Positions 31,677-42,942 of a DNA stretch of 64,000 nucleotides are shown piece by piece. The position numbers and the translations under genes are program-made. Where the stretch lies: contig OY969100.1 of NCBI GenBank assembly GCA_963697895.1, positions 1,760,001 to 1,824,000 on the forward strand, in the 5' to 3' direction. Below the pieces are notes generated by a model. It saw only the letters and a list, made by a program, of their open reading frames with translations, was not told where the DNA came from and did no database searches. The stretch is from an uncultured Methanomicrobiales archaeon (GTDB lineage: Archaea; Halobacteriota; Methanomicrobia; Methanomicrobiales; Methanospirillaceae). How positions within the stretch are numbered: the first letter of the stretch is position 1; each line of letters starts with the position of its first letter.

Positions 31677-31790
31677 ATCAATGAAATAACAAATTCAACA
31701 ATTTTCATATAATTGTCATCTTTCCGCCAAATCATAAATAACTCCTAAATTTAATCACTTAGCGCCCATTCCGTACCCATTCGAGAACGA

Positions 31791-33365
31791 TCACATATTT
31801 TCCATCTGAAGAACCATTTTTTTCCCAAATATTTTTTGGAAATTCGCCGCCTCGTTCTCTCCCCCCTTCATCTCGAGATGACAGTCTTCAGGGGCTGCAA
31901 TGTGCAGGACCACCCGATCTTCATCGGTTTTGCTGAACCGGACACTCCTGACCAGTCCCATGTGACTCCGGTCCAGGCTCTCAGCCAGCCGGATAAAAGC
32001 GGATAAGACGATCACCTGTTCCCGGGCTTCGTTATCAAGGATACCCAGTTTCTTGTGTTTTCTGTGGGGTGGCTTTTTCCTGTGAAATTGGGCGATCTTC
32101 GCCATGATCAGGATCTCCCGGGGAGTAAAACCGGGAAGATCGGTATTCTGGATGATATACGCAGAATGTAACTGGTGATTGACATAGGAGATGAAAGAAC
32201 CGATATCATGGAGAAATGTTGCATACTCCAGGAGCTCGCGTTCCCGGTCTGCAAAATGATGCAGGCCCAGGGCACGGGCAGAATCATAGAGCTCAAGCGC
32301 AATGCGGGTGACATTCCGGGCATGAAATTCATTAATCCCGTACGAATGCCCGACCTGGAGGATGCTTCGCTGCCTGAGGTTCAGATCGCTGATGATCGGA
32401 AAATTCTCCATCTGAGATAAATAGTCCACAATCAACCCATCCTGGAGGCCACGATTGGATACGGCAATCTGATCGATATCCAGTTCTTTGAGCAGGGTCT
32501 CAAGGATTGCCGTCCCGCAGATGAGGATGTCGGCACGGTCAGGGTTGATACCGGGAAGCTTTTTCCGTTCTTTCAGCGGAAGTGAGCAAAGCATCGCGGA
32601 TATCGCCTCTATTTCGGTCCGGCTGATGAAGATGGCATCTTCCTCATTCTTACGGGGGAACGCACGGCGGGCGATCTCTCCCAGGTTTATTACGGTGCCC
32701 GAACTCCCGATCGCACAGTCTATCCTGAACTGCCGGGATTCCCTGATGACAGCGGCCATAGAATCCCGTACATAATCGCAGATCTGGCGATATTCCGATT
32801 CGCTGACCGCCGCAACGTTTCCCCCCGGGAAGAACCTGTTCGAAAGCCGGATCGATCCCAGATCGATACTGTCGAGAAAGAAATGGCAGCGCTGGCTGCC
32901 GATGGCAATTTCCGTGCTCCCTCCCCCGATATCGACAAACAGGGCGTGCTGGTCCCCTAGATTGATTCCACTGGAGACCCCGAGATAGATCAGGCGGGCC
33001 TCCTCCCGGCCGGAGATCACCCGCACGTCCACCCCGGTCTCCCGACGGAGCCTCCCCAGGAAGAGGTTCCGGTTCACGGCGTCCCGGGCCGCCGAGGTTG
33101 CAACGGCAACCACTTCTTCCGCTCCAAAGGACCGGGCCAGCTTGATGAACTGGGAGGTGACGAGGATCCCCCGGTCCATCGCCTCATCGCGGAGGATGTT
33201 TTCGGAGAATTCGCCTTCGCCGAGGCGGACCAGTTGTTTCTGCCGGGAGAGGATCGTGTATGAGCAGTCCCTGTTGATTCGGGCCACGAGGAGCCGTGTT
33301 GAATTGGTCCCGATATCGATAAAGGCCACGATACGAACCTTCGGGGAAGCGGGAGAACGAACCAT
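31791..33365 (-). CDS. ppx: Ppx/GppA exopolyphosphatase
   Basis: IDIGTNS, ATSAARDA, EEARL, DIGGGSTE, HDIG in the HD domain. Confidence 0.92.
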   Translation of the reverse strand: MVRSPASPKVRIVAFIDIGTNSTRLLVARINRDCSYTILSRQKQLVRLGEGEFSENILRDEAMDRGILVTSQFIKLARSFGAEEVVAVATSAARDAVNRNLFLGRLRRETGVDVRVISGREEARLIYLGVSSGINLGDQHALFVDIGGGSTEIAIGSQRCHFFLDSIDLGSIRLSNRFFPGGNVAAVSESEYRQICDYVRDSMAAVIRESRQFRIDCAIGSSGTVINLGEIARRAFPRKNEEDAIFISRTEIEAISAMLCSLPLKERKKLPGINPDRADILICGTAILETLLKELDIDQIAVSNRGLQDGLIVDYLSQMENFPIISDLNLRQRSILQVGHSYGINEFHARNVTRIALELYDSARALGLHHFADRERELLEYATFLHDIGSFISYVNHQLHSAYIIQNTDLPGFTPREILIMAKIAQFHRKKPPHRKHKKLGILDNEAREQVIVLSAFIRLAESLDRSHMGLVRSVRFSKTDEDRVVLHIAAPEDCHLEMKGGENEAANFQKIFGKKMVLQMENM

Positions 33366-33787
33366 GAGTATTTCAGTATGCAGCTTCTCATGATTAGAAA
33401 GATTCGGTCCGAAGCCAGGGGCTTCTCTCCCGATCACGCCTCTTTTGCACGTTCGTCGGGAACGGAGCGTGAATTACCGGCTTTGATGATCGTTCGGCAC
33501 ACCCGACAATAAGCAAGTTCAGGGTAATTCAATCGGTACAAGTGCACGATGATTCTCTTTAGATATCCTGGGTGTTTTTTACGGGGATTCCGTCCCCAGA
33601 TTCAGGAAGTATTTTCCCGGGAATATTGAGATATTCCCCAAAATCCGGGAAGACTTTCTCGCGGATACGTGATCTCGTACGGCTGATTATCTATAATCTC
33701 TATTGATCACTATATCATATAGAGTTAAATATATTCTATGGCGATAAAATGTATATATGCGGCGGCCCTTTTTCCCTTCGGAAAACC

Positions 33788-34663
33788 ATGAAAAAATTAC
33801 AGAAACATTCCGGTTTCATCGCCCTCGCGCTGGCAGGAATCCTCATTCTGATGCTCCTTGCAGCCGGTTGCACGGGAACCGGGGGAACTGTGACCCCCAC
33901 CCCGACAACTACGACCAAGACCTCCATCACCGTGACCGGCTCGACGACGGTTCTTCCCGTCGCCCAGGAAGCCGCGGATGACTATATGCTGATTCATCCG
34001 GATGCCAACATCCAGATCACCGGGGGAGGCTCCGGGGTGGGTGTCCAGGCGGCCGGCGAAAAGACCGCGGATATCGGGATGTCTTCCCGGGATGTCAAGC
34101 CCGATGAGATGAAGAAGTACCCGGACCTTGTCGCCATCCCCATCGGAAAAGACGGCCTGACGATGATCGTCAACCCCGCAAACCCGGTCAATTCCCTCAC
34201 GGCGGCACAGATTAAGGATATTTATACCGGGAATACCACGAACTGGAAACAGGTCGGCGGTTCCGATATGCCGATCGTCGTGATCGGAAGGGACAGTGCG
34301 TCCGGGACCCGGGACTATTTCACGAGCAGCATCATGGGCGGAGCGAACGCGACCAAGACGATGCTCGAAAAGAACTCGAACGGGGCGGTCACCCAGACAG
34401 TCGCCCAGACACCCGGCGCGATCGGGTATGTCGGGATCGGGTTTGTCGACCAGTACGTCAAGGCCCTGAAGATCGATATCAACGGAACCCTGTTCGAATC
34501 GACCGCGGATAATGTCCTCTCCGGGACGTACCCGTACTCGCGGTATCTCTACATGCTCACCTCCGGACAGCCGACCGGTCTTGCAAAGGACTACATCGAC
34601 TTCATCCTCTCGCCTCAAGGACAGGAGCACCTCAAGGTAGAGGGATACGTGCCGCTGAAGTGA
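33788..34663 (+). CDS. pstS: Phosphate ABC transporter substrate-binding lipoprotein
   Basis: AAGC lipobox, GSTTVLP, GGGSGVG, RDSASGTR. Confidence 0.95.
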   Translation: MKKLQKHSGFIALALAGILILMLLAAGCTGTGGTVTPTPTTTTKTSITVTGSTTVLPVAQEAADDYMLIHPDANIQITGGGSGVGVQAAGEKTADIGMSSRDVKPDEMKKYPDLVAIPIGKDGLTMIVNPANPVNSLTAAQIKDIYTGNTTNWKQVGGSDMPIVVIGRDSASGTRDYFTSSIMGGANATKTMLEKNSNGAVTQTVAQTPGAIGYVGIGFVDQYVKALKIDINGTLFESTADNVLSGTYPYSRYLYMLTSGQPTGLAKDYIDFILSPQGQEHLKVEGYVPLK

Positions 34664-34754
34664 GCAGTCATCCTTAAACCCCATTATTTTTTGATGAACG
34701 CAATCCCCGGGTTAGAGGGACGAACCGATCGGAACAGGCCCTGCAAGAAGGTAT

Positions 34755-36698
34755 ATGATGGCAGCTGAAAGGAGCGGGTATCAGACGGCCGGATCTGTAT
34801 GGGGGAGATGGAAAGATCGGCTGATCAGATCCGTCTGGTTCATCTGTGCGATCTTTGCCGTCGTTGTCGTCTCGTTCATCCTCCTCTATCTCCTGTATAA
34901 CGGGTACCCTGCCTTCGTCGAGATCGGTCTTCAGGCATTTCTCTTCGGTACCACGTGGAACCCGACCGGCGTTCCTCCGTCCTACGGCATATTCCCCCTT
35001 ATCGTGGACACGATCCTCGTCATGATCGGCGCAATGGTGATCGCGGTCCCGCTGGGGATGGCCAGTGCCATCTTTATCTCCGAGCTGGCGGGGGACCGCC
35101 TGAAGAGCGTCATCAAACCGGCGGTTGAACTCCTCGCCGGCATCCCGTCGGTCGTGTACGGGTTCTTCGGGCTCGTGGTGCTCACGACCTGGATCCGGGT
35201 ATCCTTCGATATCCCGTCCGGGGAGACCTGGCTTGCCGGGTCGATCCTGCTCGGGATAATGGCCCTCCCGACGATCGTCAGCGTCTCCGAAGACGCGATC
35301 AGCGCGGTACCGCGGGAGTACAAGGAAGGCTCTCTCGCCGCCGGTGCCACCCGCTGGCAGACGATCAGCCGGGTGATCGTGCCTTCCGCCCTCTCCGGCA
35401 TCACCGCCGCGATCATACTCGGAATGGGACGGGCGATCGGGGAGACGATGGCCGTGCTCATGGTCACCGGAAATGCGGCAGTGATTCCGCAGCCCCTGTG
35501 GGATGTCCTCTCCCCGATCCGTACCCTCACGGCGACGCTCGGTATCGAGACCGGGGAGGTGCCGGTGGGAAGTCTCCACTACAGCGCCCTGTTCGGTATC
35601 GCCGTCGTCCTCCTCGTCATGACCCTCGCCATCAATATCATCGCCACGGTCATACTCGGCCGGATCCGGGCGGCACAGACCGGCGGTTCGGGGAAAAAAC
35701 CCTGGTTTACCGCGGACACCCGGAGCCGGATGACCAGGATCGCCCTATATTCCCTGTTTGCCCTTTTCGCCCTCCTGATCGTGAAAATCGCGGGGATCGG
35801 GCCCGGTCTCCTCACCATCTTCGCCATTGCAGTGCTCGCCCTCATCTGGAACCGGGTCTCCGCGCAGACCGGGCAGAAGATCGCGTATCTCTGTATCATC
35901 ATCGCGGTCGGGGTCGTCCTCGCCGCGCTCGGGGTCATCCTCCTCGATATCATCGTGAAAGGGATACCTGCACTCTCCTGGGAGTTTATCACCGGGTTTC
36001 CGGCCAATCTCGGCCGTTCCGGGGGGATCCTGCCGGCGATCGTCGGCACCATTTACCTGGTACTGGGGGCGATCGCGATCGCCCTCCCGATCGGGATCGG
36101 CGCCACCATCTACCTCTCCGAATACACCCGTGAGGGATGGGTCACCAAGGCCATCCGGACCGGGGTTGACCTCCTGAACGGCACCCCGTCGATCGTATTC
36201 GGGCTCTTCGGGTTCGCCTTCCTGGTGATCTTCCTCGGGTTCGGGGTATCCCTCCTCGCCGGCTGGATCACCCTGGCCATCATGGTGCTCCCGACGATCA
36301 TCCGCACGAGCGAGGAGTCGCTGAAGAGTGTTCCGAATTCCATCCGCGAGGGGAGCCTGGCGCTGGGAGCGACACAGTGGCAGACGATCCGGAAGGTCGT
36401 CCTGCCGCCGGCGGTGCCCGGGATCATCACCGGGACCATCCTCTCGATCGGACGGGCCGCCGGAGAGACAGCACCGATCCTCTTCACCGCGGTGGTATTT
36501 TCCACCCGGTTCCTCCCGAGCTCGATCTTCGAGCCCGTGATGGCCCTTCCCTACCACCTGTACATCCTCTCCACGAGTATACCAGGGGCACAGGCGAACG
36601 CGTACGCGACGGCTCTCGTCCTCCTGATCCTCGTGATCCTCTTCTACGGTGGTGCGATCCTGATTCGCAATTACTATCATAAAAAAATGAAATGGTGA
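34755..36698 (+). CDS. pstA: Fused PstC-PstA phosphate permease
   Basis: Two permease halves ([18 protein letters not shown] and [18 protein letters not shown]) in a single ORF. Confidence 0.92.
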   Translation: MMAAERSGYQTAGSVWGRWKDRLIRSVWFICAIFAVVVVSFILLYLLYNGYPAFVEIGLQAFLFGTTWNPTGVPPSYGIFPLIVDTILVMIGAMVIAVPLGMASAIFISELAGDRLKSVIKPAVELLAGIPSVVYGFFGLVVLTTWIRVSFDIPSGETWLAGSILLGIMALPTIVSVSEDAISAVPREYKEGSLAAGATRWQTISRVIVPSALSGITAAIILGMGRAIGETMAVLMVTGNAAVIPQPLWDVLSPIRTLTATLGIETGEVPVGSLHYSALFGIAVVLLVMTLAINIIATVILGRIRAAQTGGSGKKPWFTADTRSRMTRIALYSLFALFALLIVKIAGIGPGLLTIFAIAVLALIWNRVSAQTGQKIAYLCIIIAVGVVLAALGVILLDIIVKGIPALSWEFITGFPANLGRSGGILPAIVGTIYLVLGAIAIALPIGIGATIYLSEYTREGWVTKAIRTGVDLLNGTPSIVFGLFGFAFLVIFLGFGVSLLAGWITLAIMVLPTIIRTSEESLKSVPNSIREGSLALGATQWQTIRKVVLPPAVPGIITGTILSIGRAAGETAPILFTAVVFSTRFLPSSIFEPVMALPYHLYILSTSIPGAQANAYATALVLLILVILFYGGAILIRNYYHKKMKW

Positions 36699-37540
36699 TC
36701 TCAATGACCATATCCGAACCCAAAAATATCGTCCCGCCGATGGTTATGCCCCGGGAGGCGGACGAAGAGATTTCCCCGGAAAAACCCGGGGAGATCATAG
36801 AGACCCGGAACCTTAACCTCTGGTACGGGGAAACGCAGGCGCTCAAAGAGGTCAGCATCCGGATCCTGAAAAACCGCGTGACTGCCCTGATCGGCCCTTC
36901 CGGCTGCGGAAAATCCACCCTTCTCCGGTGCTTCAACCGGATGAACGAGTTGATCGATACCTGCCGTATCGATGGCCTGGTCAACTTCCACGGCACGAAT
37001 ATCTATGGTCCGGGTATGGACCCGGTGGATATCCGGCGGAAGATCGGCATGGTCTTCCAGAAGCCGAACCCGTTCCCAAAGTCTGTCTACGAGAACGTCG
37101 CGTACGGCCCGAAGGTGCACGGTATGCGGGACCGGAGGAGACTCGATGCGATCGTTGAAGAGAGCCTGAGAAAGGCGGCGATCTGGGACGAGGTGAAAGA
37201 CCGGCTGCATGACTCGGCGATGGGGTTGTCCGGAGGGCAGCAGCAGCGGCTCTGCATCGCCCGGACCATTGCGGTGGAGCCGGAAGTGATCCTCATGGAC
37301 GAGCCGTGTTCTGCACTCGACCCGATCGCGACGGCAAAGATCGAGAGCCTGATCGATGAACTGAAGAAACAGTACTCGGTGATCATCGTCACCCACAACA
37401 TGCAGCAGGCATCCCGGGTGAGCGACTATACCGGCTTCATGTACCTCGGGCAGCTCGTAGAATGCGGGGTGACGAAGACGATATTTGAGCATCCGAAGGA
37501 GAAACTGACCGAGAATTATATCACGGGCCGGTTCGGATAG
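36692..37540 (+). CDS. pstB: Phosphate ABC transporter ATPase
   Basis: [38 protein letters not shown]. Confidence 0.96.
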   Translation: MVISMTISEPKNIVPPMVMPREADEEISPEKPGEIIETRNLNLWYGETQALKEVSIRILKNRVTALIGPSGCGKSTLLRCFNRMNELIDTCRIDGLVNFHGTNIYGPGMDPVDIRRKIGMVFQKPNPFPKSVYENVAYGPKVHGMRDRRRLDAIVEESLRKAAIWDEVKDRLHDSAMGLSGGQQQRLCIARTIAVEPEVILMDEPCSALDPIATAKIESLIDELKKQYSVIIVTHNMQQASRVSDYTGFMYLGQLVECGVTKTIFEHPKEKLTENYITGRFG

Positions 37541-37547
37541 GGGCACC

Positions 37548-38198
37548 ATGTCGGACAAATTTCATACAGAACTGGCGGAGACGAAGGAGGAAGTCCTCTC
37601 CCTGGGACATCTCGCGGAGGAGATGCTGGAAAAATCCGTCAGGGCTCTGGAGGACCGGGACATGGATCTTGCGGAGTGGGTGAAAGGGCAGAAGAGAGAT
37701 CTCTCCGGCCGGAACGATCGCATCGAGGAGGAGATCTACCAGATCATCGCGATCTACCAGCCCGTGGCAAAGGATATGCGGATGATCGCGTGTTCCCTCG
37801 GCCTCATCTCGTCATCCGAGCGGATAGGCCGGTACGGGAAGGATATCGCAAACATCGTGGTGGCCATCGGAGACGAGCCCGAGGTCGGAAACCTCGTCAG
37901 TATCCCGCACATGGCGGACCTGGTCCTCTCGATGATCGACGACGCGCTGTCGGCCTACGAGACCGGAGAACTCGCCTTAATCCGGAATCATTCACGGCGG
38001 GACGACGTGGTCGATGCGCTCCGGCACTCGATCTTCCGGGAATGCATCACGTACATGATGGAAGATCCCAAGACCATCACCCGGTGCACCAACTACGTGA
38101 TGGTCGCCCGCTACCTGGAGCGGAGCGCCGATCATTCGTGCAAAATGGCAGAAAAGATCCATTACATGATTACAGGGGAGCGGGTCGGGATAAAGTAG
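37548..38198 (+). CDS. phoU: Phosphate uptake regulator PhoU
   Basis: QPVAKDMR, ERIGRY, YLERSADH; follows pstB. Confidence 0.94.
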   Translation: MSDKFHTELAETKEEVLSLGHLAEEMLEKSVRALEDRDMDLAEWVKGQKRDLSGRNDRIEEEIYQIIAIYQPVAKDMRMIACSLGLISSSERIGRYGKDIANIVVAIGDEPEVGNLVSIPHMADLVLSMIDDALSAYETGELALIRNHSRRDDVVDALRHSIFRECITYMMEDPKTITRCTNYVMVARYLERSADHSCKMAEKIHYMITGERVGIK

Positions 38199-38818
38199 GG
38201 ATAGAAAACGGTTTTTACTTCGCGGTCACTAAACCTTTGGCGGGCAGAAAGAAATCTTTTGTAACAGAGGGGGTCTTCTTATCATCTATACAGGTAATTC
38301 CTTCCGGTCCCGTTCATCGGAGGTAGATGATATCGCCCTTTCCGGATCTAAATATTCTCCTTGGAATTTTGTGCCAGCAGATCCCCATGAGGCAGTTGAA
38401 TGTACTGCTGGTGCGATATCAGGATCATAGACCAGATTTAAGCCCGGTCCGCGAGTTTAGCGGAGATCGTTTTTTTTATATCCTCTTTCTTGCAGAATGG
38501 GAAAGATCCCCCCGATTCGGGGGATGAACCTTAATTTCCCATAAAAAAACACTTGGAAAGAATCTTCGTGATGGCGTGAATATGGCTCTTAAAGGCCGAA
38601 AATTGTGAAAAGCGATGAAAAGCCGGCTATTGAAAAACCCGTGCCATCTCCGGACGTCATGAAGAAAGTAAACCATATCAACTTTACTTGTATAAAAATC
38701 AAGAATAAAATAACAAAATTTTTCCCATAACCTGCCGAGAAGAATACGATACTCGTCACATCAAGGCCCTTATTCGGGGAGGTTTCAGCATATCGTGTCA
38801 TTTCCGCATAGATGTTCT

Positions 38819-39652
38819 ATGGGAAGAACAGAATCTGCACCAGGTTTCCTGTATGCACACGTGCTTTTCCTCCTCATGCTATTCTTCATTAGTGCCGCAC
38901 CGGGGGCCATGGCAACAACAACATCACTCCATATCCAGAAGATCGGCGTCGATGGTAAGACGATCCTTGCGGAAAAGACCGTGGATTACCGCTGGATGGA
39001 ACAAAATCTCCCGATTGAAGGGGATGGAACAGTCCATTATTATCACCAGGGCCCGATATTTGCCGATGATCCTGATCCGGCAGCGGAGGAACTCTTGCGA
39101 TGGAATCACCCGGAGGACCGGAATGTCCGGGAAAAGGATATGGGCGCCGTGAAGGGGACAAAACTACCGGATCTGACCGACCTGGTGGGGGGAATGAACC
39201 CGGGCGATACCGTCCGGGTGAAGGCGGATGACGGCTTTTCACGGACCTTTGCCTATGAAAATGTCTATAACCCTCCCCCGAGGCAGGGTCCGATGGTGAT
39301 CACCTGGTTCCGGGCGGATGATGGCTACGTTCCCAATTATACGACGGGTATGCGTCTGGTATTCTTTGCAGATAACGCCACCAACCCGTGGGGTATCCAC
39401 GCATTCGGAAACTGGGACTGGCACGAATCGGCGGCGACCGAATACTGGTATTACTATATCCAGGGGAACGAACGGTACCCGACCACGACCGGACTTTCTG
39501 TACAGTCGGTCTCGGAAATTACGGTCTACCAGGGGAATAATTCCGCAGGATCGGGTACTAATGCAACATCCGGGCCATCTCCCGGTCTCGAGGCACTTTT
39601 GATCGTCTGTGCGCTCGGGCTCGCCGGTATATTCCTTATGAGGAGTCGATAG
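38819..39652 (+). CDS. Exported type-A domain protein with a PGF-CTERM-like anchor
   Basis: Signal peptide; HYYHQGP..KDMGAVKGT..GGM..DGF..YWYYY..TTGLSV; C-terminal SPGL-TM-RSR. Confidence 0.8.
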   Translation: MGRTESAPGFLYAHVLFLLMLFFISAAPGAMATTTSLHIQKIGVDGKTILAEKTVDYRWMEQNLPIEGDGTVHYYHQGPIFADDPDPAAEELLRWNHPEDRNVREKDMGAVKGTKLPDLTDLVGGMNPGDTVRVKADDGFSRTFAYENVYNPPPRQGPMVITWFRADDGYVPNYTTGMRLVFFADNATNPWGIHAFGNWDWHESAATEYWYYYIQGNERYPTTTGLSVQSVSEITVYQGNNSAGSGTNATSGPSPGLEALLIVCALGLAGIFLMRSR

Positions 39653-39653
39653 C

Positions 39654-40518
39654 ATGTATCGCGAAAAAAAGTGTCTTTTCTGTGTCTGGTGTATTGTCAT
39701 CGTGCTGCTCGGGTGTGCCGGATGTCTGTTCATCCCTGTTTCGGCCGCCCCCACGTCCGAACTCCACATCCTCAAGCTCGCAGACAACGGGACGCGGATT
39801 TTGAATGAAACCACGGTCACCTGTCTATGGATGGAATCTCATCTCCCGGTATACGGGGACGGAAAGACGCACTACTACCACCAGGGGCCGGTCTTTGCCG
39901 AATCGAAGGAAGACCAGTGGGACCCGAATGAAACCACTAATTTCAAGGACATGGGTGCGGTGAAGGGAACGGCGGTCAAAGATCTCTGCGAACAGGTCGG
40001 AGGGATGGTCGCCGGCGATGAGGTGATGGTCAAGGCGGATGACGGCTACCACGTGGAATTCCCGTATGCAAATATCTATACCCCCGAGTCACGCCAGGGA
40101 GCCATCGCGGTCTGCTGGTTCAACGGAGAAGAATCGAGCTGTGGGTGAACGGCAGGGTACCGGCTACCCTCCTGATTATTATTCGGGCATGCGGATCGTC
40201 TTCTTTGCGGATAACACCACCAATGCGGGAGGACGGCACGTCTTCGGGAACGCGGACATGCGTGCGGTGATGCCCGCCGAATCGATACACCTGTTCGACA
40301 ACCTCTACCCCTCCACGAGTGGGTATACGGTGAAGTGGGTTGACGAGGTCCGCGTGTACCAGGGAGGATACCATGGCTCCGCCGATGCACTCCCGAAATC
40401 GTTCGCGGCGAAGACGAACGAATCGTATACCCCATCAGAAAAAAGCCCGTTATGGAGCATCTACGTCATAATCGCCCTCATATCCACGGCGTTTATCGCT
40501 TCCCGGAGGAGGAGATGA
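39654..40518 (+). CDS. Exported type-A domain protein with a C-terminal TM anchor (frameshift near 40138)
   Basis: ORFs 39654-40148 and 40039-40518 together make one complete domain; ends SPL-TM-RRRR. Confidence 0.75.
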
Positions 40519-41105
40519 TTCGGAGGCGCTTCAGGGTTGATCTTTTGGTTATCGCGGCCATCGTCATCCTGTCCGCATTGATCGCAGGATGTACAGGGAA
40601 CGGTACAGGGCCCCCATCTCAGACATCAGACCCCGCATTTGTGGACTGGCATCTCACGCTGAATGGTACCACAGGGAAAGTACTGACCCTGGAAGATCTG
40701 CGTGCCCTCCCGGCGGTCACGGGGCACGGGTATGCCGTTTCGACGACCGGAATCCGGTTTGGCCCCTATCTATGCACGGGAGTGGATCTTAGAGAACTCG
40801 TCTCCCTTGCGGGAGGCATGGAGCAGAACGACTCGGTCTGGGTATCCGCACCGGACGGGTACCTCTGGGTCTTCGATACCGAACAGCTCGAAGGGAGAGG
40901 GTTCATCACCATGAACGAATCCCTCCGGGAGATTCCCTCCCCTCCTCTCCGTATCATTCTCATGTATGAGCAGGATGGTAAGCCGCTTACGTACGATGAA
41001 GGTGGCCCGGCCCGGATCGCGATCGTGTCGGAGAAAAAAGGTATAGTTACCGAAGGGAGTGCCTGGGTCAAATGGGTCGATCGAATCGAGATTCACCGGA
41101 AATAA
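40515..41105 (+). CDS. Lipoprotein with a molybdopterin-oxidoreductase (sulfite oxidase/MsrP-like) domain
   Basis: IAGC lipobox; LTLEDLRALP, GVDLRELV, APDGY, YEQDGKPL..GGPARI, WVKWVDRIE. Confidence 0.82.
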   Translation: MIRRRFRVDLLVIAAIVILSALIAGCTGNGTGPPSQTSDPAFVDWHLTLNGTTGKVLTLEDLRALPAVTGHGYAVSTTGIRFGPYLCTGVDLRELVSLAGGMEQNDSVWVSAPDGYLWVFDTEQLEGRGFITMNESLREIPSPPLRIILMYEQDGKPLTYDEGGPARIAIVSEKKGIVTEGSAWVKWVDRIEIHRK

Positions 41106-42115
41106 CGGCAATAATCAGATATGGCTCCCTGCTCCTCTCCCTCATGATAGTCATGGGGATTGCGGGGTGCCTATCGCAGGGGGAAGAAAAAGTTCCCCTG
41201 AAAGTCTTTGCTGCGGGAAGTCTGTTACTTCCGTTCGATCAGGCCGAGCACGAGTTTGAGCAGCTACATCCGGACATCGATGTCCAGATCGAGGGGCATG
41301 GCAGCATTCAGGTGATCCGGCAGGTCACGGACCTCCATCGTCCGGGGGACATGGTGGCCGTTGCAGACGAATCCCTGATCCCCGATATGATGTTCCGGCA
41401 GATGGACGATTCGGCAGGCAATTACTCCGATTCTCTCATCCCGTTCGGAAGAAACGAGATGGTGATAGTCTACACCAATAAGAGCCGGTACGCTGACGAA
41501 ATAAATGGAAATAACTGGTTTCGGGTACTTTCCCGGCCCGATGTCCGGGTGGGTATCGCGAACCCGATGCTTGATGCGTCGGGGTACCGGGCGTTGATGG
41601 TTACGATGCTTGCCGAGACCGAGTACCGGAACAGTACCATATTCGACCGGGTCATCGGAGACCATTTCTCCCCGCCTCTCAATGTGACCCGGAATGGATC
41701 TGATGTCCGCATCACGCTGCCGGAAGTCATGAAACCCTCGGACGATCATGTCGCGGTACGGGACGGGAGCATCTATCTGCTCTCGCTCCTCGAGACCGGC
41801 GGCATCGATTATGCGTTCGAGTACCGGAGTGTCGCCGAGGGCAATGACCTCAGGTGGATCAGTCTCCCTCCTTCCATCAACCTGGGGTCCGAAGCATATG
41901 AAGATCAGTATCGGACGGTCGCCGTGACCCTCGGTTTCCGGCGTTTCAGCACGATCGGAAGCGAGAGGACAGGGAGGCCGATCGTCTACGCCATGAGCAT
42001 TCCCCACACCGCTTCCCATCCTGAGATGGCCCAGGCATTCGCCGATTATATCGTCAATGAATCAAAGAAAGAACGCATTGGATGGCCTGCACCGTTGGGA
42101 GGAAGCAGCGGATGA
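41072..42115 (+). CDS. wtpA: Tungstate/molybdate ABC substrate-binding lipoprotein (WtpA family); start uncertain
   Basis: IAGC lipobox, FAAGSL, GS..RQVTDL, NEMV..YT.KS.YADEIN..NW, D.SGYR, IDYAFEYRSVA. Confidence 0.88.
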   Translation: MGRSNRDSPEITAIIRYGSLLLSLMIVMGIAGCLSQGEEKVPLKVFAAGSLLLPFDQAEHEFEQLHPDIDVQIEGHGSIQVIRQVTDLHRPGDMVAVADESLIPDMMFRQMDDSAGNYSDSLIPFGRNEMVIVYTNKSRYADEINGNNWFRVLSRPDVRVGIANPMLDASGYRALMVTMLAETEYRNSTIFDRVIGDHFSPPLNVTRNGSDVRITLPEVMKPSDDHVAVRDGSIYLLSLLETGGIDYAFEYRSVAEGNDLRWISLPPSINLGSEAYEDQYRTVAVTLGFRRFSTIGSERTGRPIVYAMSIPHTASHPEMAQAFADYIVNESKKERIGWPAPLGGSSG

Positions 42116-42942
42116 CTGCCCGGTTTGGAATCCCCCTGCCGGGGCGTCGGGTCGAATGGAGCATGGTCGCATTCTGGGCGATCGGGGCAATCCTCATCGG
42201 CCTCATATCTCTGGCGATCCTGGTCATCGCCCTCCCCAATCTCGTGCGCCCGGTGCACCTCGCCGAAACGGCGGCCGACCCGCTCGTGATATCAGCCCTC
42301 CTGGTCACCATGGTTGCCGGGCTGAATGCCGTCCTGATCCTGATCCTAACCGGAACCCCGCTCTCGTACGCCCTGTCAAGAACAGAATTCCGCGGAAAGG
42401 GAGTGGTCGAGAGCATCATTGACATCCCGCTCATCCTTCCCCACACGGTCGCGGGGTTGATGGTATATCTCCTCTTCATGACCAGGGGGGTGATCGGTGC
42501 CCCCTTCGCGAGTATCGGGGTGGTCTTCGAAGACGCTTACCCGGGAATCGTTGCAGCCATGGTGTTTGTGGCGATCCCCTACTATGTCAACTCGGTGCGG
42601 GAAGGATTCGAGAAGGTCCCGGTTCACCTGGAAAATGTGGCAAGGACGCTCGGGGCATCCCGGTTCCGGGCATTCTGGCACGTCGCAGTGCCGCTTTCGT
42701 TCCGGCACATCCTCTACGGTTCCCTGCTCGCATGGGGGCGGGCGATCGGAGAATTTGCCGCGGTGATCATGATTGCGTACTTCCCGATCGTGATCTCCAC
42801 GCTTATTTATTACCGGTTCAGCACGGGTGGCATCGTAGAGGCGAGCAGCATCGCATTTATCATGATCCTCGTATGTGCCGCGATCTTCGTATTGTTCCGG
42901 ATTCTCACGAAAAAGAGAGGCATCCGTGATGATCGGGCTTGA
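42112..42942 (+). CDS. wtpB: Tungstate/molybdate ABC permease
   Basis: IDIPLILPHTVAG, ENVARTLGAS, WGRAIGEF. Confidence 0.88.
   Translation: MTARFGIPLPGRRVEWSMVAFWAIGAILIGLISLAILVIALPNLVRPVHLAETAADPLVISALLVTMVAGLNAVLILILTGTPLSYALSRTEFRGKGVVESIIDIPLILPHTVAGLMVYLLFMTRGVIGAPFASIGVVFEDAYPGIVAAMVFVAIPYYVNSVREGFEKVPVHLENVARTLGASRFRAFWHVAVPLSFRHILYGSLLAWGRAIGEFAAVIMIAYFPIVISTLIYYRFSTGGIVEASSIAFIMILVCAAIFVLFRILTKKRGIRDDRA

Noticed and set aside
30276-31790. attR copy of the tRNA-Leu 3' end, an integrase or an IS at the island's right edge
   Set aside because: No convincing direct repeat or recombinase ORF seen by eye
34755-36698. PstC-PstA fusion as a novelty
   Set aside because: A simple fusion of normally adjacent partner subunits with little functional implication
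38596-38609. CCGAAAATTGTGAA as another sulfur operator
   Set aside because: Only 10/14 match with the left half-site lost, and it lies outside the island
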